Assembly (NCBI GenBank): GCA_002633005.1
Contig: NMRA01000073.1
Span: 1,066,213-1,125,724 of the forward strand
Reading direction: 5' to 3'
Source: Phoronis australis
Lineage: Eukaryota > Animalia > Phoronida
DNA: 59,512 nucleotides
Under the pieces are notes generated by a model. That model saw only the letters and a program-made list of their open reading frames with translations. It was not told where the DNA came from and searched no databases. Position 1 is the stretch's first letter; each line of letters starts with the position of its first letter. Position numbers and translations under genes: made by a program. This document shows, piece by piece, positions 38,325 to 50,940 of the stretch.

Positions 38325-38944
38325 AATAAGCAGGATCGTTTTCGAAAAGCGCCCCTATAATAATTTGCCCACAGCTTCTTAAATCCATTTGTCACTTTAG
38401 GAATATGCTGTAGTCTAATGCTGAGGCAGTCTGATGCGCAACTAGAAATTTTATTGTTCCAGTTTGCCCGGATTTGGGATTCGGCCAGCGTGGGTTTTAA
38501 CATGAATTTTCACAAACTATTGCCTAGGTGTTGATGCTGAGGCATTCACCTGTTGTCTACACTGAGTTTGCACGGTGCACCACCTCTTTGACAAAATATG
38601 ACGCACAAAAAACACAAGCCAATTGTCACACACTTTTATTATTGCATCGTGTACTACACTCTTAAAGCACCATGCAATGCCATCTTTAAAATTGATCAAA
38701 AGTGTTAACTGGCCTTATTTTACGATTGATTTTGAAGACTGCTGCAAAATTGCATCAAAACATCTGAATTTTGCCACTAGGTGGAGGGAGTTGTTCCAAG
38801 GCAACGGTCAAGACAGTGTTCAATGTATGTTTTAACAAATCAATTCCTGCAACACTTTATTCCGAACAGTTACTGTAATTTAAAGTTCAATTTGCTTGGT
38901 GTATCATTAACCATGGTGCTAAGATACTTTTTAATTTTTTGCAG

Positions 38945-39073
38945 GTAAAAGCAGACGATCCATCAATTTTAAGTGGTTACCTTCTGGTCAGTGTCAACAG
39001 AGGGCGCTCGTGGGAGAAGCGTTGGATTTCCATTCATCACTCCTTTGTTATGTATTCATTCAAAACTGACCAG
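38945..39073 (+). CDS. FGD: FGD exon: PH2 N-terminal part
   Basis: VKADDPSILSGYLLVSVNRGRSWEKRWISIHHSFVMYSFKTDQ, with ttttgcag and CAG|GTGAGA boundaries. Confidence 0.92.
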
Positions 39074-40523
39074 GTGAGAAAAACACTTTGTACTGTGGAG
39101 AATGCAAACTATTAACGACCAATGCAGAATATAATTAATGCTGTTTTAACTCACCTTCCATCAAATAAATAAACTTTGAGTTATACCACTTACCATTAAT
39201 AAAACTGGAGTATGTTTTATGAAAAGTAACTTAAGATTTATGTCTGAAATTTGTCTTGAAGTTGCGCTCCACACAACTATTTCTTTAAAACAAACAAATC
39301 TCGCTTGAGCAAAACTCCAAAGTCTCGGGGAGTACACACATAACTGCAACTTACCGAGATAGGTTCAGTGATAAATTATTTTTTGACGGGTGCTCATAAT
39401 TACTTGACTGTCTAAACCTTTATATGGTAATTGAGCAGTGACTATTTTAGACCCCATTTCTGTCTTCGAGTCTGTTTTTTGGTGTCCACCCCTCTATCAA
39501 CCAAATCACTCTAAGGATGATTGTGAAAATTGGCATATATTTTCTGAGTGTGAAGAGGATTTTTGGCAATGACTTTCCAACGACTTTGACTACTGTGACA
39601 CCTCCTAGTGGCAGTTTTTTGCGTCCATAGCTGTATCTCCTTAACCCACTGTAGGATCTTTATTAAATTTAGCTAGAATGAAGATGACAACGAATGACAA
39701 CAATTTTCAGATGGATCGGATGAATGCCATGCCCCTTAGTGGCAATTTCATTTTTTTCCGTTTTCGTCAGTTTTCTCTGAAGTTCCTTGACAGATTTTTA
39801 TGAAATTTGGTAAATAGTTTTAAATAAAGAAACAATGATATGTTCCTGTTTGGGATGGATTCAACATACTTTGTGCCATCTAGTGGCCATTTCTATGATA
39901 CAAATTAACACCCGTAGAAGCATACCATTTGCAGTGCATTCGTGGGCGCATTTCCATGCTCCTCATTGCTCTTGTTTTATAGTGTGCTCGACACAGAAAA
40001 CTAGGCAACTTATTCAGTCTGGTCTCAAACAATAGTGAAATACCAGTTGTTCCCTAGCTCAGAAAACACTTCTAATCCAAGCAAGGAACAAGTTGATAGC
40101 AGTTTCATCTTGGTGACTTGTCTAAATCAAGAGTTTGTTTCTTTGCACTGCAAGTTATAGACTTTTAGAGGGAAAATAGGCAAAATTTTGTGTAGAATTT
40201 TTTGCCAACGCCATGTCTTATGATAAATATAGTGTATTTGCCATATCTTCAATGAAAATTTCACGGGTGATTAGAACAAATTAAAGTTCTTTATTTTCTA
40301 TTGACTGAACATCGTTCCTTTTTGTTGAAGCCATATCCTGTAATCATTGACAAGTGAGTGAGTGTTTTCATGCTACAAGACTGGATTGACTTACATTTAC
40401 CTCATTCTGTTGAACTACCGTTAAAATTTGCATTTGTTACATACCATTTACTTCACAATTTGCTTTAAACTATTGAGTAGAACTAATATTCTTAACTCCA
40501 ATATTCCTAATTTTGTTCCCTAG

Positions 40524-40675
40524 GACATGTCTGCCATATTGTCTACGCCTCTACCCGGCCACCAGGTGTCTCCACCAGATGGCGGTGATGGCATACAACA
40601 AGAGCATGTGTTCAAATTATTCCACAAAGACATCTTGTCATTCTACCAGGCACCAGACTCTGCCAGTCTCGATAG
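40524..40675 (+). CDS. FGD: FGD exon: PH2 middle part
   Basis: DMSAILSTPLPGHQVSPPDGGDGIQQEHVFKLFHKDILSFYQAPDSASLDR, with ccctag and AG|GTGAGT boundaries. Confidence 0.92.
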
Positions 40676-41045
40676 GTGAGTTGGAGAGACCGTAAGAAAG
40701 TTGCCTGGCGGTGTGGTAGTTTACCTGTTCGAGGGTTTCATTTTTGACACGAGTTGCTCACCTATTCCAATATTTCCAAACTATAAGCCGGTTGCCAAAG
40801 GTGGTTTGCCTTCAGCACCAATACCTATCCACCTCTGGGACCACAGGAACAGTACTGTCCAATAAGACTTCATTTCTTAATCTGTTGTTTGTTATTAATA
40901 ATTTCATCCCTTTGCATACAGAATATAAAGTTTGTTACAAAATTATGACAAAAAACATTTCATCTGTAGTTAGTGTTTAAAAATATGTGACCCCTCCTCA
41001 TATTCTAGATTCACTGTTATCTTATGTTTTTTCATTCTATTAAAG

Positions 41046-41133
41046 ATGGCTGACAGTACTGGGCTATGTTGTGAAGGCTGAACTGCCCCCTTGTGATGAT
41101 GAGCAGTCAGAAGATGAAGACACCAATCTATGA
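41046..41133 (+). CDS. FGD: FGD last coding exon (PH2 terminal helix, stop)
   Basis: (R)WLTVLGYVVKAELPPCDDEQSEDEDTNL*. Conserved PH-helix Trp, and the phase matches the previous exon. Confidence 0.85.
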
Positions 41134-43612
41134 GTGAGAGTGATGGTGCTGAGCCGAGTCATCATCTCAGCAGAATTGCCAATGTTGACAGCTGTGTTCT
41201 ACCTGGGCGGTTTCTTCCAAAAAAGGAGTTAATAGAAAGTGGTACAAACTTGAATGGGTATTTTGCCCTCTCAGTTATTATCTTGGTTGTAGAGTATTTT
41301 GACTTGGTAATATTGACTTGGATAGGTATCCTACTTTACTGATTTAAAGCAATGGAAAGATGAAACCCCTTGACCTGTTTATAAAGCAACGAAGATAGAA
41401 AGATAAAAAGCACAAGTCTGTTTACATTGCGTGTCCCTGCAGGTGGTCCCAAAAATTAGCTGTAGCCTGAATTCATGTTTATCTTTCTGTTCAGTTTGCC
41501 AGGCACCTTGAGAAAGGGGCAGCCACGTTGCTCTGTTACTTTTCTCCTTCTATCTTCAACATTACATGCACTGTTGTATGGAAAGCTATTTACATTTATT
41601 TATTATGTTATTACGAGTTTAATTGTTAAGTGGCAAGATGTGAAACCCTGTCCTTCTCATCGCAGTTGTGACAGAACCAAATGATGATAAGGTTATGTTC
41701 ATGTTGATTGGCACGGATTTTGATACGTTTTATACACTCCAGGGTAAATTTTATCTCTTGATGATGAATTATCTTATAAATTCGCATTGTTCTATTTATG
41801 TGTTTATTGACACACCCAGGACTCGATTCAAGTGACATTGTTGGTTTTATGGCTGAAAACACATTTTTGAGATTACTGTTGGGTAGAATAGACTTCCTGC
41901 AGTTATTAACTTTGACCAGAGTCATGAAACAACAAAATCTATTGTGTTTGTGGTTTTATTACAAATCGCCAATTCTTTCCATTGTCTGTCAGCCATTCAC
42001 TGAAAACGAGGCTAGTGACTTCACCAAATACGCTTAAAATAATACTCTGCCATTTATCAAGTGGGGTTTAGCTCCAAAAGTACCCGACTGTGACCATAGA
42101 GGTTGCGAGTTCGATACTAAATCTGTTCAGAAAACCAATTTTCGCACCAATAATTCCACTTTAAGCAATGTTAAATAATTGTAAAAACTTCTGAGAACCA
42201 AGATGTGGGACCAGATAATGTGAAGGATACTGATGGAACCTCAGCTGGAAGCTGTAAATATTATTGACCTTTTTATAGATAGTGCGCAACGGCATTGTCC
42301 ATGAATTGTTCGAAATAGGCTGTTTGAAGGACCATTGTTGTTGTTTATTACTATTTTTATGATGGTGTAATATAGTCACTTTTATCCCTTCAGGCAGAGC
42401 CGAAGGGCATGCTGTACATACGTCAGGTAACTATTATAAATAAAACCTGTTGCTATTAAAACTGCTGCGTAATGACAATAAATAATGCTCAAATTATTCT
42501 GGAGTTGCAGTACACTAGGTTTCAATATACAAGTTGTTATAAGCGTATGTTATATTGTCGAAAATGTTTTTGTGTAATTTTCTATTTAAAGATTTCTGCT
42601 CTAGTTATTTACGTTATTTGTTTGATATTTTGTGCAATATTTAGAGTAAGTTTATTCTCTAACTTGCTGTTCTGGTCACGATGTTTCTTTAAGATGCTCA
42701 ACGCTCATCTTCCAAAACCAAAACCCAGCTTTGTTTTCACGAGTTTCATCACCATTTTCACTCCATATATTGCAAGTAAGAAAGTGGGTTTCATAGTATT
42801 TCTTTTCTTTATAATAAATTGTTGTTTGTAATGAAAGACTGGTGTAAGAATAGTGACAACAATGTTTCCGTTTTTTTACCAGTAGAATTGTTTATTGCTC
42901 ATCAAGTTATAACTCCTAGGAAAGAAATATTGTCAAGTTTGCTTTTTGTCGTTTTATATGTTGACTGCATATTTTTGAGGATGCTGTATTTCTGTACAAG
43001 GTCATTTATAATGAGACTAAATTATGCAAGATGTACAGTAATTTAAATGTTGTATTTCTGTGTTATTTTTAATTGTTAGATTTGTAAGAGATTGACTGGA
43101 CTACTTTTTACTTATTTGGCGATAGAAATTATAAATATACCAACACAGGGTTCTCGGTTCCAATGTTATGCAATACTTGAAATATACTGTGCAAGAGATT
43201 TACAACTGTAAGGTCAAAAATGGGTTTGATTCTGGTCTATTTCTTAAGTCATTTGATACCTGCTCTTCACTGCTTAACTACGAAGAGCAAATCGCCCAAT
43301 TCAAAGCATTTTTGGTAAAGTTCTTGTTCTTTTCAGTTCAAAAACACAGAAGCACATCCAAGCTAGTGGCTGTTCAAATCGTCCATAATAATCTTACTGA
43401 CCAGATCTTAATTGACTAGCTAGTTGGCTGATATTGGGTGAATTTATATTGAAAAATAAGGAAAACTATAAGTGCTGGATCACCTCATCAGTTTTCAAAA
43501 CTACCAGACTAGAACCAACGATCCCATTTTGGCCTAGTGAGTCTTAATGATCATACTCAAGCCAGATTATTGAAGGTTAACGGTGTGTTTACTTATCATT
43601 ATCCACATCAAC

Positions 43613-43618
43613 AATAAA
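43613..43618 (+). terminator. Candidate FGD polyadenylation signal
   Basis: AATAAA followed by a GT/T-rich downstream element, ending a ~2.5-kb AT-rich putative 3' UTR. Other AATAAA hexamers lie upstream. Confidence 0.45.
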
Positions 43619-44562
43619 ATGTATCGTTTATTTTCTGGTTTGTTTTCTTGTTTATTGGCTGTATTGATGATGGTGTACTATGGGAAGATCTTTGAGATGG
43701 TTTTGTAGAAATATTTGACAGTGTGAAATTTTCTCAAATTTTCCTATCAGATTTATTTTTGATTTTCTTAATTTATTTTTCAATGCCTCACGGTGAAACA
43801 TTGCAATGAAATGATTCCCTGTCGTATACATTTATGAAGGCTGATGCATATTCGACTAACGTGTAATAATATTGTAATGTAAGCGTAAAGTATATCATCA
43901 TTAGCTTACACATTCCCCTTAGTTTATTGTTAGTTTTTCTAATCAGGCAGTAATTGTCAATCATAACAAAATAATTCCCCAAGTTACTTTAACGTTCATG
44001 TTCTTTACAACACAGCTGCACAATAGCACATCACCAATTACCAGTCACCTTCACATACTATGACATATTGACGGCAGATTTTTCAACATGCTCTCAGTGT
44101 TGTTAGATTTCTTAGCAACGATTTGCTATATGTCAATTACTGGATTAAGTGTGCAAGGCAAAGTTATAGGTTTTAATTCAATTCCCTAACTTAGAGCTGC
44201 CTTACGCCCCGTTTTGATGGATAAAAAAATAAAAATCCAATTATGCCCTTATACTCTCGTTAAACTGGCTTCATAACATTCGTTACCATGACGATTTTAT
44301 TTCCGTTACCAACTATTAAGAACATATAGAGACCATCAACGACTCCAGTTAACGCTTCAGTGTTTAGTTGTGTTGGGGCCAACCCTAAACTTGCAATTTG
44401 AAAATGGCTTTGACTTGAGTTGACGAACAGCCGCTATTAGAGCAATATTCACATAAAAGTGGGAAATAAACGTTTTTAATATTTGTTCTTGCCATTTTGC
44501 ATGGCAAATATGCGAGGTGTTTGAAACGACTTCAAGTGAGTGAAACAATCATGCTGGACAAT

Positions 44563-44769
44563 TCGAGGATCTAATCTCTAGTCGAGGATCTAATCTCTAG
44601 TCGAGGATCTAATCTCTAGTCGAGGATCTAATCTCTAGTCGAGGATCTAATCTCTAGTCGAGGATCTAATCTCTAGTCGAGGATCTAATCTCTAGTCCAG
44701 GATCTAATCTCTAGTCCAGGATCTAATCTCTAGTCCAGGATCTAATCTCTAGTCCAGGATCTAATCTCT
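44563..44769. repeat. 19-bp minisatellite, about 11 copies
   Basis: TCGAGGATCTAATCTCTAG x7, then the TCCAGG variant x4. Confidence 0.97.
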
Positions 44770-45785
44770 GTACTCGTCTCGAAATTTGATCAACTCGTGA
44801 AACGCACTTAGTGAGTTTTAGTTGAGTGTGTGTTCGAAGATTCTGCCAAAGGTCATTTGATTTCATGACCCTTTTGAGCAAGAATTCAAAGTAATTTTTA
44901 TTGCTTACCGCTAAAACAACTATAGATTACAATATTGTACAAATAAATAATGTTAAACCTAGTTTACATAAACAAGATCCCATTTGAAAACTTTTACCTT
45001 GCATAATTTCTGCCTATTTCTTCAAACAGTTACTGTAATAATCCAATTATAGTCCCTTACAAGCCAACACAGTCTGACTGAACGAGTTTTGAGTATTACA
45101 TCTCCTATGCTATTGCCCTGTGTTTCATTTAAGTTTATAAACTGTCCTCCAATTTCAAACAATTTGAGCTGTAAAGGCTTTCTTCATTGATATATGGTCG
45201 AACCCTTGCTTCACAAACTTAGTCACTAAATAATTCTCAATATTGGCAGATAGCAAGTGAATCATTGATGACTAAATATTGTAAAATTGCACTCCTAAGT
45301 GGGCCTGACGCATGCAAGAGTTGGAAAGAGAAAGAAGCAAGAATATAAAACCTTAAGTAAAAACAAAATCACAAGAAACTGAAGAAATAAGACTGAGGAG
45401 TGATAATAATAACATACCACCAAAAGGTTAGGAGAATTGATACCTCAATGGATCATCCATTACGAGATGCTGTAATGGTTTACAGTTATTTTTTGCAAAG
45501 GACGTCCCGCATGTGCCCAACAAAAGACTAATCAAAAATGCCTCGTGAAACAATCCCTATCTCAATGAATAATACACGTATTAACCATCTAGGTACTGTT
45601 TTATCAATAGTCGTCAGCCACAGTTTACAATTTTGAACGGCCAAATTTACGACGCTTTTTCATTAAAAACGAACAGTAGTAACTTCTCAATCGCAGGAGT
45701 ATAACCATAAACTCAGTAAGGACTGGGATGCCTAACCTTTGACAAAACAGGCCCTAGAAGTTGTTCCACTACATCAGAACCTCTG

Positions 45786-45881
45786 TTAAAACCAGTGTTT
45801 GTTCTTGAGCTTCACATCGTCTGCTATAGCCTGCACAACTTCTGAAGAACAGTTGGTGCCGCCAATATCTGGAGTCTGGAT
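45786..45881 (-). CDS. IDH3G: IDH3 gamma last exon
   Basis: IQTPDIGGTNCSSEVVQAIADDVKLKNKHWF* (human gamma MHTPDIGG). Confidence 0.92.
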   Translation of the reverse strand: MQTPDIGGTNCSSEVVQAIADDVKLKNKHWF

Positions 45882-46892
45882 CTGTAAACATTTTATGGAA
45901 ATTGGATTATGTCAACAAGCATGGCTTAAATAGTGGACAACGCCTGAAAAAAGAAATGACCCAAGACTGTCAAAACATGTAAACTATGTAGACCAGTCGT
46001 ACCTAAGAAAATGTAACTGCTACATAATTTTATCATGCAAACAGCCGAGGTGCTCCTGTGGCCGGAGCTCAGTAAAGCTTACTACAAAGACAAATCCAAA
46101 TAATTATGAAAAATTCAGGAACAAGGGCCAGTTCCAGAGGATGAGGATTGTGTTATCAGATTTCCAAGAACTCAACATTTAAACGAAATTTCCAATAATT
46201 CAAAGTTAAACTTAAAATATGCCCATGCTGTGAACTAGCAGTTCATGTGTGAATTTTTTTCGAAGAACAATTCTTTGATATTTCCTTCCGCAAAAGGTAA
46301 TTTTAGAGTTAAAGTCCCAGAGAGCACTAATTAGGTCAAGCCAAAATCACAAAATTCAATCCAAAAGGCAGCAAATCTTGCTGTTAAGCCATGAATGAAC
46401 TCCATTTGGTCCATAGCTTTATTGTATTGATTATTAAGAACTTACACTAATTCGCCATATTAAAAACAAAACACAACACAAAACAAAGGGTTCCATTAAG
46501 AAAGTCACTGCATGGGACTTTAAATGGTATCAGTCTTCGGCAACAGTCAAAAATCAAAATTCTCCACTTATTGCAGTCAGGTAGAAATCATGACAAAAAC
46601 ACGTTCCACTATTTCAATTCTTCAGAATAAAGTTGCTTTCAGAACAAAGTGAAAACGTTGTGTTCTAATCATCATTGCAGAAAGTTTGAGATTAAGAATA
46701 ATCAAGAATTATGTGAAGAATTAAAAAATAGCCAGTTAAAAGGAGCGCAACAATATTTTCAGTCATAAAACCTAGTAAAACACAAACAAAATATTAACTA
46801 TATGTCAGCAAAGTATACCGACTTAACTGTCAGTTGCAAGTTGGGTTACAAAAGATAGTACATCCCTTTACTAAGAATCATTAAACACATAC

Positions 46893-46953
46893 CTTATCCT
46901 GGCAAACCACTTTAAATATGGAATCCCTGATCATATCAGCGTGATCAGTAAGA
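46893..46953 (-). CDS. IDH3G: IDH3 gamma exon
   Basis: tttacag and AAG|GTATGT boundaries, LTDHADMIRDSIFKVVCQDK. Phases 2-0 fit both neighbours. Confidence 0.88.
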
Positions 46954-47402
46954 CTGTAAAATGTTGACCAAAGATTAGATACACAGAAGTTATAAAGAAA
47001 AATATGGAGTATCCATAATAAAATATATTGAACAATCCAGTGAAAATAAAAGCTTATAATAACTGAATTAAACCCATCAAATACAGAAATAGAAAAAGAG
47101 AAACATGCAAGAATTCCACAAATATAGGTATATAACCCCGGATTTCCCTAATGCTTTAGGCAGAAGAGTCCATCTTCAATGATGAACGAAGACAAGACAA
47201 TACAAGTCAAAAAGTATCATTTCTTCCCCTCCAATGCTTGCATTATCAATCTCATCGAACATTATTTCAGACTTAGTAGCATGATTGTACCTATTTGCTC
47301 ACATGCCAATGTATTGTCAGAAACCATGATTTGGCTTTACGTCTTTACAAAGATCACTACTACACTGTTCGCTAGACATTTTTAAGAAGACAGGGCACCT
47401 AC

Positions 47403-47497
47403 CCAAGATGTTCCAACATGTCTGTGGCGGCAAACAACATGGCCGTGGGGTTAGCTTGGTCATGACCAGCTATAGAGCGACCACTGTTACGGGTACC
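47403..47497 (-). CDS. IDH3G: IDH3 gamma exon
   Basis: GTRNSGRSIAGHDQANPTAMLFAATDMLEHLG (gamma-type TRNTGKSIA). Confidence 0.93.
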
Positions 47498-48067
47498 CTG
47501 AAAGGTGATCAATGCTTTTAGCAGTTATTGCTAGGTAAAACACAGTCGTCACAACACAATGAAAAAATGGGGACAAAATGACCTCGGATTCCATTAGGGC
47601 TAAGCGCACGAACAGTCCTCCCCTATTTTGTTGGCAAAACGGAATTTTGTTATCTCAATTTTGATGAGAACTGTATCTGCAAGGCAAGTTTGGAAAAACA
47701 ATACACAGTTTATAATTAGTTACAGGGACCCCTATTTTGAGAACCAATTTTCTTTAGTGAATAATAAGCCTCAACATTCTGTGGTATTTACCCACAATGC
47801 TTTGTATCCACAGAGCATTTGTGCCACACTAACCACCATTAAGATTAGTTTGCAACTTTTAATTTTGATGCCAATAATGTTATACTGTTGCACAATACGC
47901 AATACAGACAATAAAATTTTAAAAGCTGCAAGAGTTGTGATAAGAAGTGCGTAAGCCTTCCCAAACCGAAGACAATCTTACAATGCATTTTTCTATCTCA
48001 ACAAATAGGAGAGTTGAATCCAGGATTTGGGAATTAAAATACTACTTTTGACACCAAACACACTTAC

Positions 48068-48214
48068 CGTTTCAAAAACTGCAAAATACTCCCCTAGATT
48101 GGAGCCTGACACAAGACCTGGACCACCTATCAATCCAGCGGCTATGTTGACCAGGATGTTTCCATAAAGGTTGGGCATCACCATAACATCAAACTGTTCT
48201 GGCTTGGAGACCAT
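48068..48214 (-). CDS. IDH3G: IDH3 gamma exon
   Basis: [49 protein letters not shown], the IDH/IMDH signature region. Confidence 0.96.
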
Positions 48215-48607
48215 CTGCAAATGACAGTAGACTTCCACTTTCAGAGATAAAGTATTCCCAAAATAATAGATTTATCCTAAAAACAGATTAACAGATGAAC
48301 AAAACCTTTTTGTGCAGAGTATCGCATCAGAAAGAGAAGTTTCAGTGGCAAATTGTCCCTGTAAACTCTACACATTAGAATTTGAAATTGGGTCAAGTGT
48401 GTCGTTTTGTGCTTTCACAATGCTAAAGAGTTACATGTCCAATGTTTAGAGTAGTGAAGAGACCGTGGGCAACTGGTTTTAGTTGTAACTTCAAATTAAA
48501 GAGACAAGGTACAAATCTGGACTACAAAGGCAACAATTGAGCAGTGCACTAAATGTGTCTTCTGTTCTTCTGAGGTCGATTTTAGAAGCAAATGAAGGAG
48601 TAATAGT

Positions 48608-48699
48608 CACTGACAGGGGTCCCGCATCTTGAGAATCAGTTTTCTCCAATGAATAATAGGCAACAAACTGGTTCTCAAAATGCTGGACCCGTGTCAGTG
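48608..48699. mobile_element. Short palindromic dispersed repeat (same family as 8709-8796)
   Basis: CACTGACAGGGGTCCCGCATCTTGAGAATCAG...CTGGTTCTCAAAATGCTGGACCCGTGTCAGTG. Confidence 0.75.
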
Positions 48700-48801
48700 T
48701 CTATTGCCAATGGATAAAAGAGAGCAAATGAGAACCTGGACATAATCTGAAAGTGATATCCTGGTGTGGCTAAATACACAATTAAAGGTGAATATTGATA
48801 C

Positions 48802-48904
48802 CTGCATACTACAGTTGTCAATGATCATCGAGTCAAACTCCACCTGTGGGTACATCTCAGAAACTTGGCGGCAACATTCTAAGAAAAGGCCGTCAGCAAG
48901 CTTC
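48802..48904 (-). CDS. IDH3G: IDH3 gamma exon
   Basis: [34 protein letters not shown]. Confidence 0.95.
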
Positions 48905-49956
48905 CTGAAAAGAAGTATGGTAGTTTGGACTATGGTGTGGTTCACTTTGTCACACTGACGCTGTCCAAACATCAACAGAATGGCAAGACAGAGGCTTCTC
49001 TAGACATCTGGAGACATGTTGCCATTCTCCAGCCTGGATGCCACTTCACAGTCGCACGTGTAACAAAATATTCATAAACTGGGGTTGTAACCCCTCTGTT
49101 ATAAGAACTGACCAAAGCATGTTTGGCCAAAAATACCTTCCAAAATTGTACCTTTTTTCATTTTTCAAGGGCTTCTACCATTTCTTTGAATGCCTACATT
49201 TCTTCAAAAATATTGGCTATAGTACAAAACTTATGATACTTTGTGTCATTTCCAAAAAAATTTTAAAAAAAATTGTATGTCAGATCCTGTCCTAAATTGG
49301 TGGATTTTCACCGTACATGTTTTTGCTTCCTGCAAGGGAAGATTCAAAAAAAATTTAAATCTTTCCTTAAAAGGCTTTAGAGGGTAGAAACAATGTTTAT
49401 ATTAATCAAGATACGCAAACTTAGAAAGAAAAAATGCATAAAATGTTGTAATGAATGCACCAAATTTTAAAAAATACAAGTTACAAGAGCGTATGGATCG
49501 CTAGATGAAGAACTAACAAAATAATATGTGGCACGGATTCTAAGTAAAAGTAAAAGAGAATAAAATGGCCTGAAAACAAATACCATGCTCAACATGTAGT
49601 TAAAAGAATCCTCAAATTTACAAGAACGCACATCCTATTCTGTAGTCAGATAATGGTGAATACTTGACAGAATTATTCGTTTAAAAGCATATTTTCCTTA
49701 TTATCAAAACAAATACTTTGCAAGAAAATACAAAGTGACATAACACTTCATGTGTTTCATTATGGACATCCCTTGACATAACACATAACAATGTCACTTT
49801 TCTATACAGAGTGCAAAAGTGAATCTCATGAGAAGGCAGATAGGACATCTGAATCAGTACGCAGATTCATCGCATGAGGTGCGGGTACACAAAGGTGTCC
49901 TATCAGCTATACTATTCCTCCAATCTCGAGTCAATCTAAGTTTGCCAGTGACCTAC

Positions 49957-50090
49957 ATAATGTTGGCTTTATGTACTGCTGTCACCTTCCGCCTGCCGTG
50001 TCGCATGGCGTAGTCAAAGGCGTACTTGGCGATTCGCGTCGACTTCTCAGCTGTGATAACCTTGAGACTCTCTACAACACCTGGCACATT
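49957..50090 (-). CDS. IDH3G: IDH3 gamma exon
   Basis: [45 protein letters not shown]. Confidence 0.95.
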
Positions 50091-50094
50091 CTGT

Positions 50095-50393
50095 AACAAC
50101 ACCAAAAACACAAGTAAACATCACCACAAACATCTGATTAACATCACTACAAACATCAATCAGTACCACAACAAACACCAGTCAATATAATTAACATCTG
50201 AAAACATCACTACAACTACCAACACAAGTAAACACTGCACCAAACACCCCTCAACATCACAAAAACACCACCCAACATCACAACAAACACCACTCAACAT
50301 CACAACAACCACTACTCAATATCACAACAACCACCACTCAACATCACATCAAACACCACCCAACATCACAACAAACACCTGTTAAACATCACA
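50095..50393. repeat. CA-rich degenerate ~21-22-bp tandem repeat (GT-rich on the IDH3G sense strand)
   Basis: Recurring AACATCACAACAAACACCAC(T/C)C. Confidence 0.85.
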
Positions 50394-50617
50394 TTCTTAA
50401 CTTCAACATTGCTCTGATGAGTTTGGTAGTTATAGTGAAGGTTTGCAAACTTACAACACAATGAGGAAAAATGGAGCTTTAATCTCTTAACTCTCCACAT
50501 GTGATCTGCAATTTTGGCCAGGTTGCACTTGCGTCAAGGGATGGAAATGATTAAAACGATAACCGTAGCATGCCGACAATGATCATTGGTCGTATACGAC
50601 TTGTCACATACGATGAT

Positions 50618-50940
50618 TGTATCGTGTACACGCGGTTCACCCCAAACTCACACCATGCTCCAAGTTGTACAGTGTACACTGGGGTCGCCCCACACTCACC
50701 TCATGCTCCAAGTTGTACAGTGTACACTGGGGTCGCCCCACACTCACCTCATGCTCCAAGTTGTACAGTGTACACTGGGGTCACCCCACAGCCACCTCAC
50801 TCTCCAAGTTCTACCCCGTACACAGGGTTCACCCCATGCTCAAAGTTGTACCATGTACACATGGTTCACCCCATACCCACCCCATGCTCCAAGTTGTACC
50901 GTGTACACAGGGGTCACCCCGCACTCACCTCATGCTCCAG
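50618..50940. repeat. 48-bp minisatellite overlapping an IDH3G exon/intron junction
   Basis: Unit TTGTACAGTGTACACTGGGGTCGCCCCACACTCACCTCATGCTCCAAG, about 7 copies. The last copy contains the real donor. Confidence 0.93.

Noticed and set aside
44563-44769. Possible CRISPR array (also considered 9245-9317 and 50618-50940)
   Set aside because: Head-to-tail repeats with no unique spacers, no cas genes, and a eukaryotic context.
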